DNA of 64,000 bases from Bugula neritina (Eukaryota > Animalia > Bryozoa), in assembly GCA_964035545.1 (NCBI GenBank), contig OZ037773.1:7035751-7099750 (forward strand), written 5' to 3'. The notes below the pieces were generated by a model. It did not search any database, had not been told where the DNA came from, and worked only from the letters and a program-made list of their open reading frames with translations. Within the stretch, counting starts at the first letter, position 1. Every line of letters begins with the position of its first letter. The position numbers were made by a program, and so were the translations under genes. This document shows, piece after piece, positions 37,801 to 49,700 of this stretch.

Positions 37801-40800
37801 ACATGTACGCCGACCCAAACTTTGTCAAGCGCTTCCTCACCACCTACCGGTCTTTCAGCAATCCGTCGGAACTCTTGGATCTGCTCATCAAACGCTTTCA
37901 CATCCCCGAAAGTCACGAGTGTTTCAGTGAGAACCAGGAAGCGTTCACGAGGTTCAAGAAGGAGTATGTGAAGCCGGTGCAGTTTAGGTACGTTTTCGGT
38001 GGAGTTTAGGTACGTTTTTGGTGTAGTTTAGGTACGTTATCGGTGCAGGTTAGGTACGTTATCGGTGCAGTTTAGGTACGTTTTTGGTGTAGTTTAGGTA
38101 CGTTATCAGTGCAGTTTAGGTACGTTATCGGTGCAGTTTAGGTACGTTCTGGGTGCAGTTTAGGTACGTTATTGGTGCAGTTTAGGTACGTTATCAGTGC
38201 AGTTTAGGTACGTTGTTGGTGCAGTTTAGGTACGTTGTTGGTGCAGTTTAGGTACGTTATCGGTGCAGTTTAGGTACGTTATTGGTGCAGTTTAGGTACG
38301 TTATCGGTGCAGTTTAGGTACGTTTTTGGTGCAGTTTAGGTACGTTTTTGGTGCAGTTTAAGTACGTTATTAGTGCACTTGAAGTCTAGTTTCTGTGAGA
38401 CAATATTGTGCTTGTGTAAAAAATCACTGTTTTGTAATAGTTAGATGGCTGGCTTGATAAACACGAAGTCAGTAGTTCGAGTCCACACACCATTGGTGAT
38501 GTTAGGAAAAGGATCCAGTCATAATTTCTCTACATACGAATTAGTTGTTAGCTAGCTTTTAAAAAAAACCCTTTACATCGGGGGTTCTCACAGGGATAGT
38601 GACTATAAACTTGTGTTAGTGTATGAGTCAAGTGCATTTCCTGTCTATCGGGGTGTTCAGTAGTCGAGTTCTTCTACTTCTTTCGAGGGTTTCAGTTTGT
38701 ATCACGTATATTTAGAGTCTTGAACGTGATACGCCTCTGGACTGAGCATCACTTCTACGACTTTGAACGAGAGAACAAGGTGCTAAAAGAATTAGAAGAG
38801 TTTCTCTACACAATCAAGGTGAAGGTCAAAATATTATAGACATCATATATAACTTTCAATGTCTGTTAGTAGCAGTAACTAATCATGATATTCGTATTAT
38901 TAGTGATTTATAATTGAATACATATCTGCTACCAACTTATTAGTAACTAGTATTGATATTAGAGCTCACTGTCTTTTGCTTTCTTATTTGCTTTCATTGT
39001 TATTATAACTACACATTTTATAACCACATGTCTGTCTGCAAGTGTATATGTGCTTATTGATCTCTAAACTTGTACACAGATATCTACACTAGTACATGCC
39101 TATCCTCATTGATTTTCACAGGGCAAGGTCATGAGAAAGTGGGTAGACTCTATTCTAAAAATAATACAGAGAAAGGTGGAGTTTTCTGTCCACTTTAAAG
39201 GTATTTCATGGGAATCCAGTTTGTCTCACCTAAGACCTCAGTCTCCAAAGTTCAAGGATGAATCTCCCCCGGTTGAGTGGTTCATGCCTGTGCAGGAGGA
39301 ACTGGAGAAATTCAGCATATTATTCGTGAGCTTTCAGCCCTCTGTTCACATTGTGTAGGGCTTTAGTTGTTAACAGACTTGGTGATTCACATTGTGTAAT
39401 ACCTCTGTTGTTAAAGGGATGAGAAAGCTGTAAACATTGGTGATTTAAACAATGTCAGAGATGTATTAATGGGTAGCAGCCGTGGTCTAGGGGTTAGAGC
39501 GTTTGCCTAGTAAGCACGTAGTCATGGGTTCTAGCCCCAGACAAAGGCCATTGGTGATGTTAGGAAGAGCATCCAGTCATAATTGCTCCTGTGCCCCATC
39601 TGAATAAGTCCTTAGCATGATTTAACAAAAAACCCTTTTCATCAGGGGTTTCTCACAGGGATGGTGACTATAAACTTGCGTGAGAGATATATTGATGAGT
39701 TCTGGTGTCTGTATTTTACCAGTGCAGCAGCGAGTTCGTCCACTTACCTACTATGTCTTATGTCTTAGTACTACTAAGTATGTCTGTTGTTCATTATAGC
39801 TGCATCCAATAGAAATAGCTCGCCAAGAGACGCTAATAGAGTTCCGCATGTACAAGGCGGTGAAACCATCAGAGCTGGTCGGGAGTGTGTTCACTAAGAA
39901 GGACAAGGCCATTCAAAGTCCAAACCTTATGAAACTAATTCATCATACTAATAGAGTAGGTGCTAGCGTAGCCTTAGAGCTGGCGGTTTAAACTCGGCTA
40001 TTTTATGTTGTAATTGAAAATTTTCGAGCTAGCATGCTAGCTGTTATTTTATTTATCAGTGTTAAATAAAATATATGGAATAGTTTTTTTGAAGAAAACA
40101 AAATTTATCTTTTATAGAGATAAAAATATTTTAAAAACCAAAATTCAATCCAAACCTTACATACTTAACTTACATGATAATATATTACTACATAATTACA
40201 TGATAATATTTCACGTGTATGTATGCAGTTCACCTATTGGCTGGAAGAGAGTATTATAACCACACAGAATCTAGAAGAGAGAGTTGCAGTCGTCAGTAGA
40301 ATCATAGAGATTATGGGAGTGTTCACTCGCCTCAACAATCTCAACGGCGTGTTGTGTGTAGTCAGCGCATTAGACTCCGCCCCTATACATCGGCTTCAGG
40401 GCACTCTAGAGGTCAGTTCTATTGCTATGATATCACATTCTAGAGATCATTGGTGTATGTGAGTTTATTCCTTTTTCTGTATGATTTTTCAGTTCTATAG
40501 AATATATCTATACACATTTATTGCAACTTGATGAAGTTGGGTACACAAATCATTCAATTAAGAATTGATGTGAGCGGAGATTTGATCAAACAATTTGTTT
40601 TAAGAACAATACTTGATTTTTATTCTTGATATTTTAAGTGCCTGCTATTAAATGACATCACTCTATATATTGATGGTTCACAATCTCATGTATAGTATTC
40701 AGTGGCATGTTGTTAGATAGGCTCCAAGGGGATAGTCTGGGGGCAACAACTATAAGTGGCTTGATAATTTGTAACATTCTTAAAAAAGCTTTATTCGAAT

Positions 40801-43800
40801 TTAAACATGTCCGCCTTTATTTATTGAAAGCTTGGTGGGGAAGCTTCTGCAAACATGGATTGCTATGATGGTTTATGACCTATGTAGTGCCGTTGGAGAT
40901 AGTGAAAAAAGTTTTTTTTCAGCTTAAATAATTACACAATGAACATAAAAGGGGTGTTTCTTGTGCTGTAACTTTTTTATTTACTAAACATTTTCAGCAA
41001 CTAAAACTTTCGTACAAGAAGAGTTTGGATGAGGCCAAAGAACTGCTGTCTAACAACTACAAAAAATATTTTGAGACATTGCGGCGCATCAACCCCCCTT
41101 GTGTCCCTTTTTTTGGTAAGTTGGGGTATTCTTTTTTGCTGTGTCCTTTTCTTTAGTAAATGAACATGCAAAACCTTTTGTTCTCCTTTCCTTATGTCTG
41201 TGTAACTTTTTGTATATCTGGATTTATTCTTGATAAATTTTATACTCTGCAGTGTGTACTGTGTCTGTATATCTAGTTATATATGCTGCAGGTGTGTACA
41301 TGACAAATATTCTCAAACTAGAAGAAGGCAACCCCGATTTCCTGCCCAACACTGATCTCATAAATTTCACAAAGCGTCGTAAAGTAGCGGATATCACTGC
41401 TGAGATTCAACAATACCAGAATCAGCCTTACAATCTGACTCCAGTCTACTCTATACAGGTGTGTATCTAGTTCAGACACTCTGTCTACTCTATACAGGTG
41501 TGTATCTAGTTCACACAACCTGTCTACTCTATACAGGTGTGTATCTAGTTCAGACAACCTGTCTACTCTATGCAGGTGTGTAGTTCAGACAACCTGTCTA
41601 CTCTATACAGGTGTGTATCTAGTTCAGACACTCTGTCTACTTTATACAGGTGTGTATCTAGTTCAGACACTCTGTCTAATCTATGCAGGTGTGTATTTAG
41701 TTCAGACAACCTGTCTACTCTATACAGGTGTGTATCTAGTTCAGACACTCTGTCTACTCTATGCAGGTGTGTATCTAGTTCAGACAACCTGTCTACTCTA
41801 TACAGGTGTGTATCTAGTTCAGACAACCTGTCTACTCTATACAGGTGTGTATCTAGTTCAGACAACCTGTCTACTCTATGCAGGTGTGTAGTTCAGACAA
41901 CCTGTCTACTCTATACAGGTGTGTATCTAGTTCAGACAACCTGTCTACTCTATACAGGTGTGTATCTAATTGACTGTCTGAAGACTATACTATGTTTAGA
42001 CAAGCACTAGATCCTATAGAATTTCCCTTACCTTGGAGGCCTTGTTATTAGTTATCATAATATAAATAGCAGACAACTCCTAAGTATGAACAGTGGGTAA
42101 TAGATTTCCCACTACAGACTAAAGTACCAAAGATTGAAGTTTTCCAACACCTGTGGATGTTGTGGTGAACACTGCTATGAAACTGCTTTATGCCTGATTT
42201 TAGTTCATTTAGTCTATATTCATCTGGAACATGTGATGTGTGCTCTTGCAGGATTTCCTGGAGAACCTAGACCCCTGGCAAGGAAAAGATGACAATGAGC
42301 TCATAGAGCACCTGTTTGACCTGTCATTACAGATAGAGCCCCGCAATGTCAGACCACCTCCTAAGTTTGTGAGTACCACTATATTGTGCCTACTGTGTAT
42401 TTAATTATTGTTATAATTTAGTAAAGTTTTTATTTAAAGGAATTAAGACTGTATTTACCCGATTTGTTTGCAGCCTAGAAAATATGACCCTGTAGTTCTG
42501 AAATCGCCAGGCATAAAATCACTCAACAAGCAAACCATATCCGCTACGATTCGAAATCATTTCATTGGCTCATCAGAAAGCAGGTTTCCGTTTCCCAATT
42601 CCAAGGTATCAGTCACTGTGAGTATCTATCAGTCACTGTGAGTATCTATCAGTCACTGTGAGTATCTATCAGTCACTGTGAGTATCTATCAGTCACTGTG
42701 AGTATCTATCAGTCACTGTGAGTATCTATCAGTCACTGTGAGTATCTATCAGTCACTGTGAGTATCTATATGTCACTGTAATTATATGTAAATGACTTTG
42801 GGTATATGTATGTCAGTGTCTGTAAGTCACTGTAAGTATATATATATCACTGTGAGTATCCGTAGGTAACTATAAGTGACTGTAAGGATCTTAAAGTCGT
42901 TCTACGTATATGTAGGTTACAGTGAGTATCTCTGTAAGTATATGTAGGTTACAGTGAGTATCTCTGTAAGTATATGTAGGTTACAGTGAGTATCTCTGTA
43001 AGTATATGTAAGTCACTATAAGTATCGGTAAATAAATGAAATTGCTTAGAATAGAGCTGTGAATCTGCTCACTTCTCATTTTAGTCAACGTATCAGTAGT
43101 AGGAATATAACCAGCAGGTATTTATTAGTATGTTGGTCACTATACTCAACTACTACGCACTGTCTAAATCCAGCGCTGTTACTAGCCTGTGTGTTTAAAG
43201 CAACTAATGTTTAGGTTGGATTTGATCTTTGATTAGAATTCCAATAGTCTGAGCTCTTTGTTTCAGGATGATGAAGATGGGCGTAGCACCATGTCTAGCA
43301 CACCTCCACACACTCCAAACACACCAAAAACTCCTCCACCGCGTCCACACAGTCCTCCAAGAACTCCTCGAACTCCCCCACCCAATAAGAACACTCCACC
43401 TCGCACTCCCCCGCACTTTACTTCTAGATCCTTCCTCGGTTAGTCATCTTAACTATCTAGTTAGTACGTCATCTAGTTAGTATATCATCTAGTTAGTACG
43501 TCATCTAGTTAGTATATCATCTAGTTAGTATATCATCTAGTTAGTATATCATCTAGTTAGTATATCATCTAGTTAGTACGTCATCTAGTTAGTATATCAT
43601 CTAGTTAGTATATCATCTAGTTAGTATATCATCTAGTTAGTATATCATCTAGTTAGTATATCATCATGGAGTTGTCTCCTTTCAGGTGACAGTCAAATCA
43701 GTCTGCTGTCAGACAGCAGCACCGTTAGACAGAGCCAGTTCAGTCTTAACTCTCAGTTCTCCGCTGCCAGCACCGCAACGCTGACCGACCCTGTCTTTGG

Positions 43801-45119
43801 TAAGCAATCTAGTTGTCCAACTTAGGCGTGTTTCCTTGTTTATGGAAAATAATTCTAATAAAAGTGTCTCAATTCAGTCTCTCTCAATATTTTTTTACTA
43901 AATTCTTTCACATTACTTATAATTAGGATGAAGTTAAAGAAACTTGTAAATTTCAGTCAGTTAAAATAGTCTTGGAACTTAAACAATTTAATAGAGTGAC
44001 TTTGAGTAGTGCTGACTACAGACACTGAGATCACTCATCACAGTTCTCACTGTAACATCTGTTTCCTAGTGATTCATTCAGCAATCTGCTTACTCTTTAT
44101 TGCGGTTTTGTATTTTCCACCTTTAGAGAATGAGTGTGATATGACCACGTACGAGTTGAAAGCTCCACCTCTCCCTCCTCGACGCGTGAGCACGGCGCAA
44201 TCAGTCAGTGACCTTCACCCCACGGCGTCCACATTATCTCTGAATGAGTACAGGCAGCCTGTCAAGGAAAATACCTTCCGCCACGACGTATGCAGACCAA
44301 TGTTCTTGCCAACTTCCAGCAGTCTGTTGACTAATCCTAGAGACTCACTGGATCACTCGTGTAGAACTGATAGTTTTATGTCTGGTAGTAGGGAGGTGTT
44401 GCGGGGCACCCCACCCGAACTACCTCCAAAATTACCATCTAGATCTAGCGTGCACAACATACAGTTACCTCCCACAGCTACAGACACTGAATTACCTCCA
44501 AGACTTCCGCCCAGACCTCCTAGAAGTAGAGGCATTGAAAGGTTCGTTTCAAGACATCACGTTCATGGCATACGTCTGCAGAGCAACACCTGATCTTTAG
44601 TTTATAGGAAGTAATTGTTAGATGTAAAGCAGACACTTGTTATAATTAATCATTGCCATTCTTTTTAGAGCTCTAAGTGTTGTTAATTAAAAGTTTTTCT
44701 GCGTTGTTTGAATGGAAATGTTTTTACCTTGTAGAGGGAGCTTTAGAAGAAAATAGCCAATAGGTGACAAGTTGTTGCTCGTAGTAATTTTGTCGTATTA
44801 TTGTGCTGGTGTACATGTATCTATAGCATAAACATTTCATTGGAAAAGTCATATTGTGTTAGTACGGTGTTGGTTTATTTCAACTGTTGTGTGGGTATAG
44901 TTTCTTCTCATCTACTAGCAGGCTAGCTTACTTTTATTGTTATCACATATTTATTCTATGTCTAGAAGCGGAAGCATGCCCGGCCAATCAGACGCCAGAT
45001 ACAGTAGCAGGCGTAACTCTGGTGATCATGTCAACATGAACGGCGTTACGCCAGGCACGCCTCAACTTCCTCCCAAAACTTACAGAATGCCTAATCACGG
45101 CAGGCAAAGAAGTCAGTGA
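25884..45119 (+). CDS. SOS: Son of sevenless (Ras/Rac GEF: histone fold, DH, PH, REM, Cdc25, Pro-rich tail)
   Basis: Exons 25884-25949, 28294-28425, 30534-30668, 31692-31856, 33023-33166, 34059-34154, 34504-34644, 34987-35196, 35345-35499, 35895-36013, 36395-36583, 36910-37024, 37372-37534, 37761-37987, 38716-38818, 39122-39325, 39800-39955, 40229-40411, 40998-41115, 41292-41458, 42252-42368, 42474-42605, 43267-43438, 43686-43799, 44127-44541, 44966-45119. Motifs [98 protein letters not shown]. Confidence 0.97.
28440..28595 (+). repeat. Tandem repeat, 29 bp unit CAGTACTATCAAACTGATTAACTGAGTCA
   Basis: About 5 copies starting ~15-20 nt after the SOS donor at 28426. Confidence 0.9.
30213..30472. 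repeat. 16 bp satellite GGCCCAGAAGTACACT in alternating orientation
   Basis: Forward copies ~30213-30278, reverse copies ~30279-30403, forward again ~30412-30472; ends ~60 nt before the SOS acceptor at 30533. Confidence 0.9.
31539..31680 (+). repeat. Tandem repeat, 22 bp unit ATCAGACTATGATGTCTACTGT
   Basis: About 6 copies ending ~10 nt before the SOS acceptor at 31691. Confidence 0.9.
32222..32415 (+). repeat. Tandem repeat, 24 bp unit TACATGTAATACTATACAATATTA
   Basis: About 8 copies, mid-intron. Confidence 0.9.
35565..35880 (+). repeat. Degenerate (AGT/GGT)n low-complexity tract
   Basis: Fills most of the SOS intron up to the acceptor at 35894. Confidence 0.85.
36596..36758 (+). repeat. 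Tandem repeat, 23 bp unit AGTCATACTTGTGTTGGTTATTA
   Basis: About 7 copies starting 12 nt after the SOS donor at 36584. Confidence 0.9.
37051..37153 (+). repeat. Tandem repeat, 30 bp unit TATACAGCTACACGTACTGTAGGTATATAA
   Basis: About 3.5 copies near the SOS donor at 37025. Confidence 0.9.
37976..38377 (+). repeat. Tandem repeat, 22 bp unit GGTGCAGTTTAG|GTACGTTATC spanning an SOS exon/intron junction
   Basis: About 18 copies; the first copy contains the exon end and the real donor (37987/37988). Confidence 0.95.
38428..38618 (+). mobile_element. tRNA-derived SINE, degenerate copy
   Basis: Shares CATTGGTGATGTTAGGAA..ATCCAGTCATAATT and GGGGTTCTCACAGGGATAGTGACTATAAACTTG with the copies at 39471, 47453 and 56819. 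Confidence 0.85.
39471..39684 (+). mobile_element. tRNA-derived SINE, full-length copy with TSD
   Basis: tRNA-like head (A box GTGGTCTAGGGG, AGT anticodon-like loop, B box GGTTCTAGCCC), core and tail; imperfect TSD AGAGATGTATTAATG (39457) / AGAGATATATTGATG (39683). Confidence 0.9.
41444..41968 (+). repeat. Tandem repeat, 39 bp unit GTCTACTCTATACAG|GTGTGTATCTAGTTCAGACAACCT spanning an SOS exon/intron junction
   Basis: About 13 copies; the first copy includes the last 15 exonic nt and the donor at 41459. Confidence 0.95.
42607..42780 (+). repeat. Tandem repeat, 20 bp unit TATCAGTCACTGTGAGTATC, decaying into related repeats to ~43025
   Basis: About 8 near-perfect copies beginning at intron position +2 of the SOS donor at 42606. 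Confidence 0.95.
43454..43664 (+). repeat. Tandem repeat, 16 bp unit CATCTAGTTAGTATAT
   Basis: About 13 copies occupying nearly the whole 247 nt SOS intron. Confidence 0.95.
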
Positions 45120-46712
45120 CCTTGCAATGGCCTTCAGTGACCTTCAAATGACCTTCAGTGACCTTGTAGCAAGCATCAGATGTCTGGTAGTTGCTCCTGG
45201 CTTATATTCACTCTCAGTTATCATTTTGTACACTATGTTTTTAATTATCAATGCTGTGTAAATAAGATTTACTTATTATTTTTATTCGTTGCACTTGTGT
45301 GAGGCATAAATCATGATGGAGGCAATGCCATATTTACAAAACACTACATTGACAATATTGAAAGGAGCCACCTGTAAACCCATTGCCACAGAGCAGGTGG
45401 CAATAACACACATATATAGTCTCTGAAGCAGACTGCCACTCTAGTATTGGCCTCCGCAGTCATGTGACAGGATGCAGCAACCTATCATGACTCTACCTGG
45501 TGCAACCATCTTCTCTCAAGATGGAAGGAAGTCGACGACATTAACAATATTGAAAAAAGTTGATTGTGAATTTTTTGGATGTTTTATCTATTTTTTGTAT
45601 CAGAATTTTTCCGGTTACTATTTTTCATCTCGAATATTATGTACATCCACTATGTTTAAATATAAACTTTTTTGTCTCCTTGAAATAGAATTTATCTGAT
45701 TAACAATTATCAATCACTCATTTTAACTCACAATTTTTTCTGCCAAATTTTAAGTATAATTTTAGTTTCAAGTCAACTAACCTACAAGCTGTAAGCCTTC
45801 TTCATTATACAGTTCATATTATTTCAACTATTGATTCTCTAAATTAAAAACGTTGACAGTCCTTTAAAGTTTAAACTAAAATACAAGTTACTGAAATGTA
45901 AGCTCCGCGATTGTATTTCTCAATAGCCGAATTTTATTTGGTATTGATCACGGTCTTGTCACCATAGCTACAGGAAATATAAACTTCAAGTATATAGATT
46001 GAAATTTTAAACTGAACAAGCTTCACTATAGGTACAATTATCTGGTAGGAGGACATAACTTCACTTCAAATTTTGTTAATCTTTTGCCTATTGACTTGCC
46101 GTCGAGAATTCTACATTGCCTCTTGGCCACTTGATATAATATGTTATTAGAATGCCTTATATTAAGAGAAATCTAATACTAGCACTACTCTTGACTCTTG
46201 ATAGCTTTTCAAGAACTTGTTGCCTTGTTTACCCAATTGTGTTGGAGCTGGGAGCAGCTGCCGTGACTGTTACAACACTTTCGTAATTTTATTATTCAGC
46301 ATCATCTTACATAACTTTATTTCTCATCATGTGCTAATAAATAAAATTTAAAGCAGATTAATAGTATGCTTTTGGTACATAGTAAATGATTAGTACAGTA
46401 TAAAAAGGTTGATAACTCTAAAAATATTCTGCTTTCTCTATAAATGCCCTATAATACTAAGCAAAAGCAATTATGTTTATATAATATACAGTAGCAGAGC
46501 ATACGGAATCACTTTTACAGCTAATGTTATAGCGACTGTAAAATGGAAAACAAATCACGGATCAAGTAAAAACTGCATAATGTTAATTAAGAAGTTCTCT
46601 GGGCACTACTACATAAATGGCTATTGAGCAGTATACAATGAGAACAATGCAAAGTTGAGACAATTAAACCCCGCTTCTTGAACTGTTAATTTTATATTCT
46701 TTCAGTACTCAA

Positions 46713-49700
46713 CTATTTACCGTTCTGTATACTGATACCCTGGGAGAATTGTCTCCACCCAGTTTTAGGAGTTGTGCCCCCAGTAGATGCAGGGGTGGGC
46801 AACCTGCTGGCCACTGCAGGTCTGTTGTTTGTCAGGCTATGTCGATGGTTCAACGCGACCTTCACCTTCTCGTGCACCTATGAATAAACAGGTGGAATCA
46901 TAAGTGAGTGACTATATAATAGTATCGGCTAATTGTTTAATTCCTACAGAATTACATGATAACATAAACCAACTGCTGTTGACTTACATGACAAAAAGAT
47001 ATTGTTACCATTACCAAATTAATTTTATGCTATCATCAAATAGGCAGAACTTACCATTTGCTTACTTTTAGCAAGCATCCTGTTGAATTCTTCCTCCTGC
47101 ACACAAGATTTATATTCCTGTTTCACTTTCATCTCCAGTTTATTAGCGGCATCCTGGTTCCTGCTGTTTTGGCAGACGAAACAGTTATATAAATCAACAG
47201 AAAGTTTAAGTGTCACTGAGTGTGCTTACCATGAAGTTGTGTGCATTAGAAAGCATATTTACGTAATTTTATGTATGTATCACGTAATACTTGTTGCTGG
47301 AAATTATTGTATTCCAACCCTTTGAAATATGTTTTACTGTTTTTATTGTAGTCAAACCTCAAGCTTTTTAATGATAGGTGAAAGTTATAAATAACAGAGA
47401 ATATGTAACTTTTCCTAGATAATCAATCACCAGTGGTCTTTCTATATAAGAACTCATGCAAGTTTATAGTCCCTATCACTGTTAGAAACCCTGATGGAAA
47501 GGTTTTTTAAAGCGAGCTAAGGACTTATTCATATGGGGCACATGACTGGATGCTCTTCCTAACATCAACAATAGACTTTAATGGAGTTCCATTTACTAAA
47601 TCAAGGCTCTATCCCTTATACTATGGTATTTCTATATATCGTATATAAATATATAGACCTACACACTTCCACACGCACACATAAAGTACACATGCTCCAA
47701 GTCTTAGCTGAATTATGAATATGGCTGAACAGGTCTCACCTGCTGACAGGTGTCAACCTCCTGTCTCCTGGTGCTGCCAATATGTGCTGAAGAGTATTTT
47801 TGACAGCCTGAGATGGTTTACTTGCCATTATTTCATCGATTGATTTACCAGGAAACAGACGAGATGTGAGAGAAATTGTGTTCTCCTGATCAGGGTTCAA
47901 ATGCATGGCAGTGAGGACATCAGTTCTGGCGCCACCATTATTCTAAATGATTGAATAGTAGAATTATGATACAGCAAATTCAGTTTAGTATTAAAACCCT
48001 TGCACATTTATGTTGTTTGATTGTGGAGAGGGGTGAAGGCACACATGTTGACAGTTAATGCAAGGCAAGAAAGCTTCAACTACAACAATAAAGGGTTTAT
48101 GATTACCCTGCTCTGAAGTGGCTGCCTTATTCCTATAGCCACTCTACACAGTTACATATACTTTTCAAATAACATTGTCTCCTGTTACATAATATTACAA
48201 GAATAAAGGTAAAGAGCTGTAAAAAGCTGTAGCTAAAATGGTGAATATAAATACACAACTACTAGTTCAAGTGTATTACCATACCTCTAGCATATATCTA
48301 GTTCTCGCTCTCAGAAGGTAATAATGGCTGACTCTCGGATTGTTTCTTATCGCAAGGCTGAATCTAGATTCTGCTTCAGAATAATTTTTGTTCTAAAATA
48401 ATTTATAAAAAACTCAGTGGTTATTGATCAATATTCAAATAGAATTTCAAGATAGATGTAGGCATCTCCTGTAAACTAATGAAATAAAAACTACTTTGAA
48501 AAATATTTTTAATGCAAGGAAAAGGTTAATTTTCAAAAGTATTATAAAAGGTTGTGAGTGAAGGAAGGCCTACCTGATATTCCTGACTGCCGTACTCGTT
48601 ATGAATCACAGATATTCTCACTCGGATAGAGTCATCTGTAGGATCCAGCTCCAGACCCTGGTGGTAGTCGGCCAGAGCAAACTGCAGGTCATTAGAACGG
48701 AAGAAACAATCTGAAAAATAAAAATATATGCAAGTTTTTTAGATTTAGATATGTTTTCCACTTGGCTTGGGCTCTTAATTGTTGGTTTGGTAGCTGGGCG
48801 TGTAGTGTGATTGATTTTTTACAAGTGAATCCCCATAAAACTAAAACTAATGCTATTAAAAAATAAGCAATTTAGATGTAAATCTTGTTTTTCTCTTTTA
48901 AATAGATATTCCAACTGAAAATATTATGCTGTTTATTTCAATTTAAAAAAAATTATCTGAAGGTTTTTGAGATTTAAGATCAGGCTAGAGTAAGTCATGG
49001 TCACACAAATTCTAAAAATCACACACACGCATGCACACAACACACACGCACACAAACATGCACGCACGCACACACATGCCCGCACACACATGCCCGCACA
49101 CACATGCACGCACACTTACACATGCACGCACGCACACATACACATGCACGCACGCACACACACAAACAGGCGCACAACACACACTCACACAAAAATAATA
49201 AGACGACTTCTCACCTCCTCTATTAACATACAACCCTTTCTCTCTCTGCTCTCCCTTCAGGGCTTTGTTCAACAACAATATCGCCTCTTGATAGTATTTC
49301 TTCTACAGTTGGGAAACATATTCTGATGTGAAACAACAATTTTTGACCAGCCATAAGACTTAAGACACCTACTTTACTTTTCACTCTGCTGTACACAAGT
49401 AGTAATCACAGTAATGAGTATCTAACACCTGTAACTTACCTTGAAACACTCGATAGCAAAGTCATTGTAGGTAAGTAACAGCTGACGCTGACTGTACTGG
49501 TAGACTTCAGAGAATTCGTCGTGGTTTGTTTTGTCCATGGCTATCAGGTAATCGTCTACGGCTGAGTTGAAGTCTAGCAAATTCCTGTGAAGAGCCCCTC
49601 TACAACATAAACCACTACAGTATGTACTATATACAACATGAACCACTACAGTATGTATTATATACAACACAACCCACTACAGTATGTACTATATACAACA

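Noticed and set aside
37976-41968. Regular repeat arrays as CRISPR arrays
   Set aside because: Head-to-tail units with no unique spacers, inside introns of a eukaryotic gene; no cas genes
47160-47166. NAGNAG tandem acceptor in TTC16
   Set aside because: Common feature giving at most a one-residue difference; no evidence of significance
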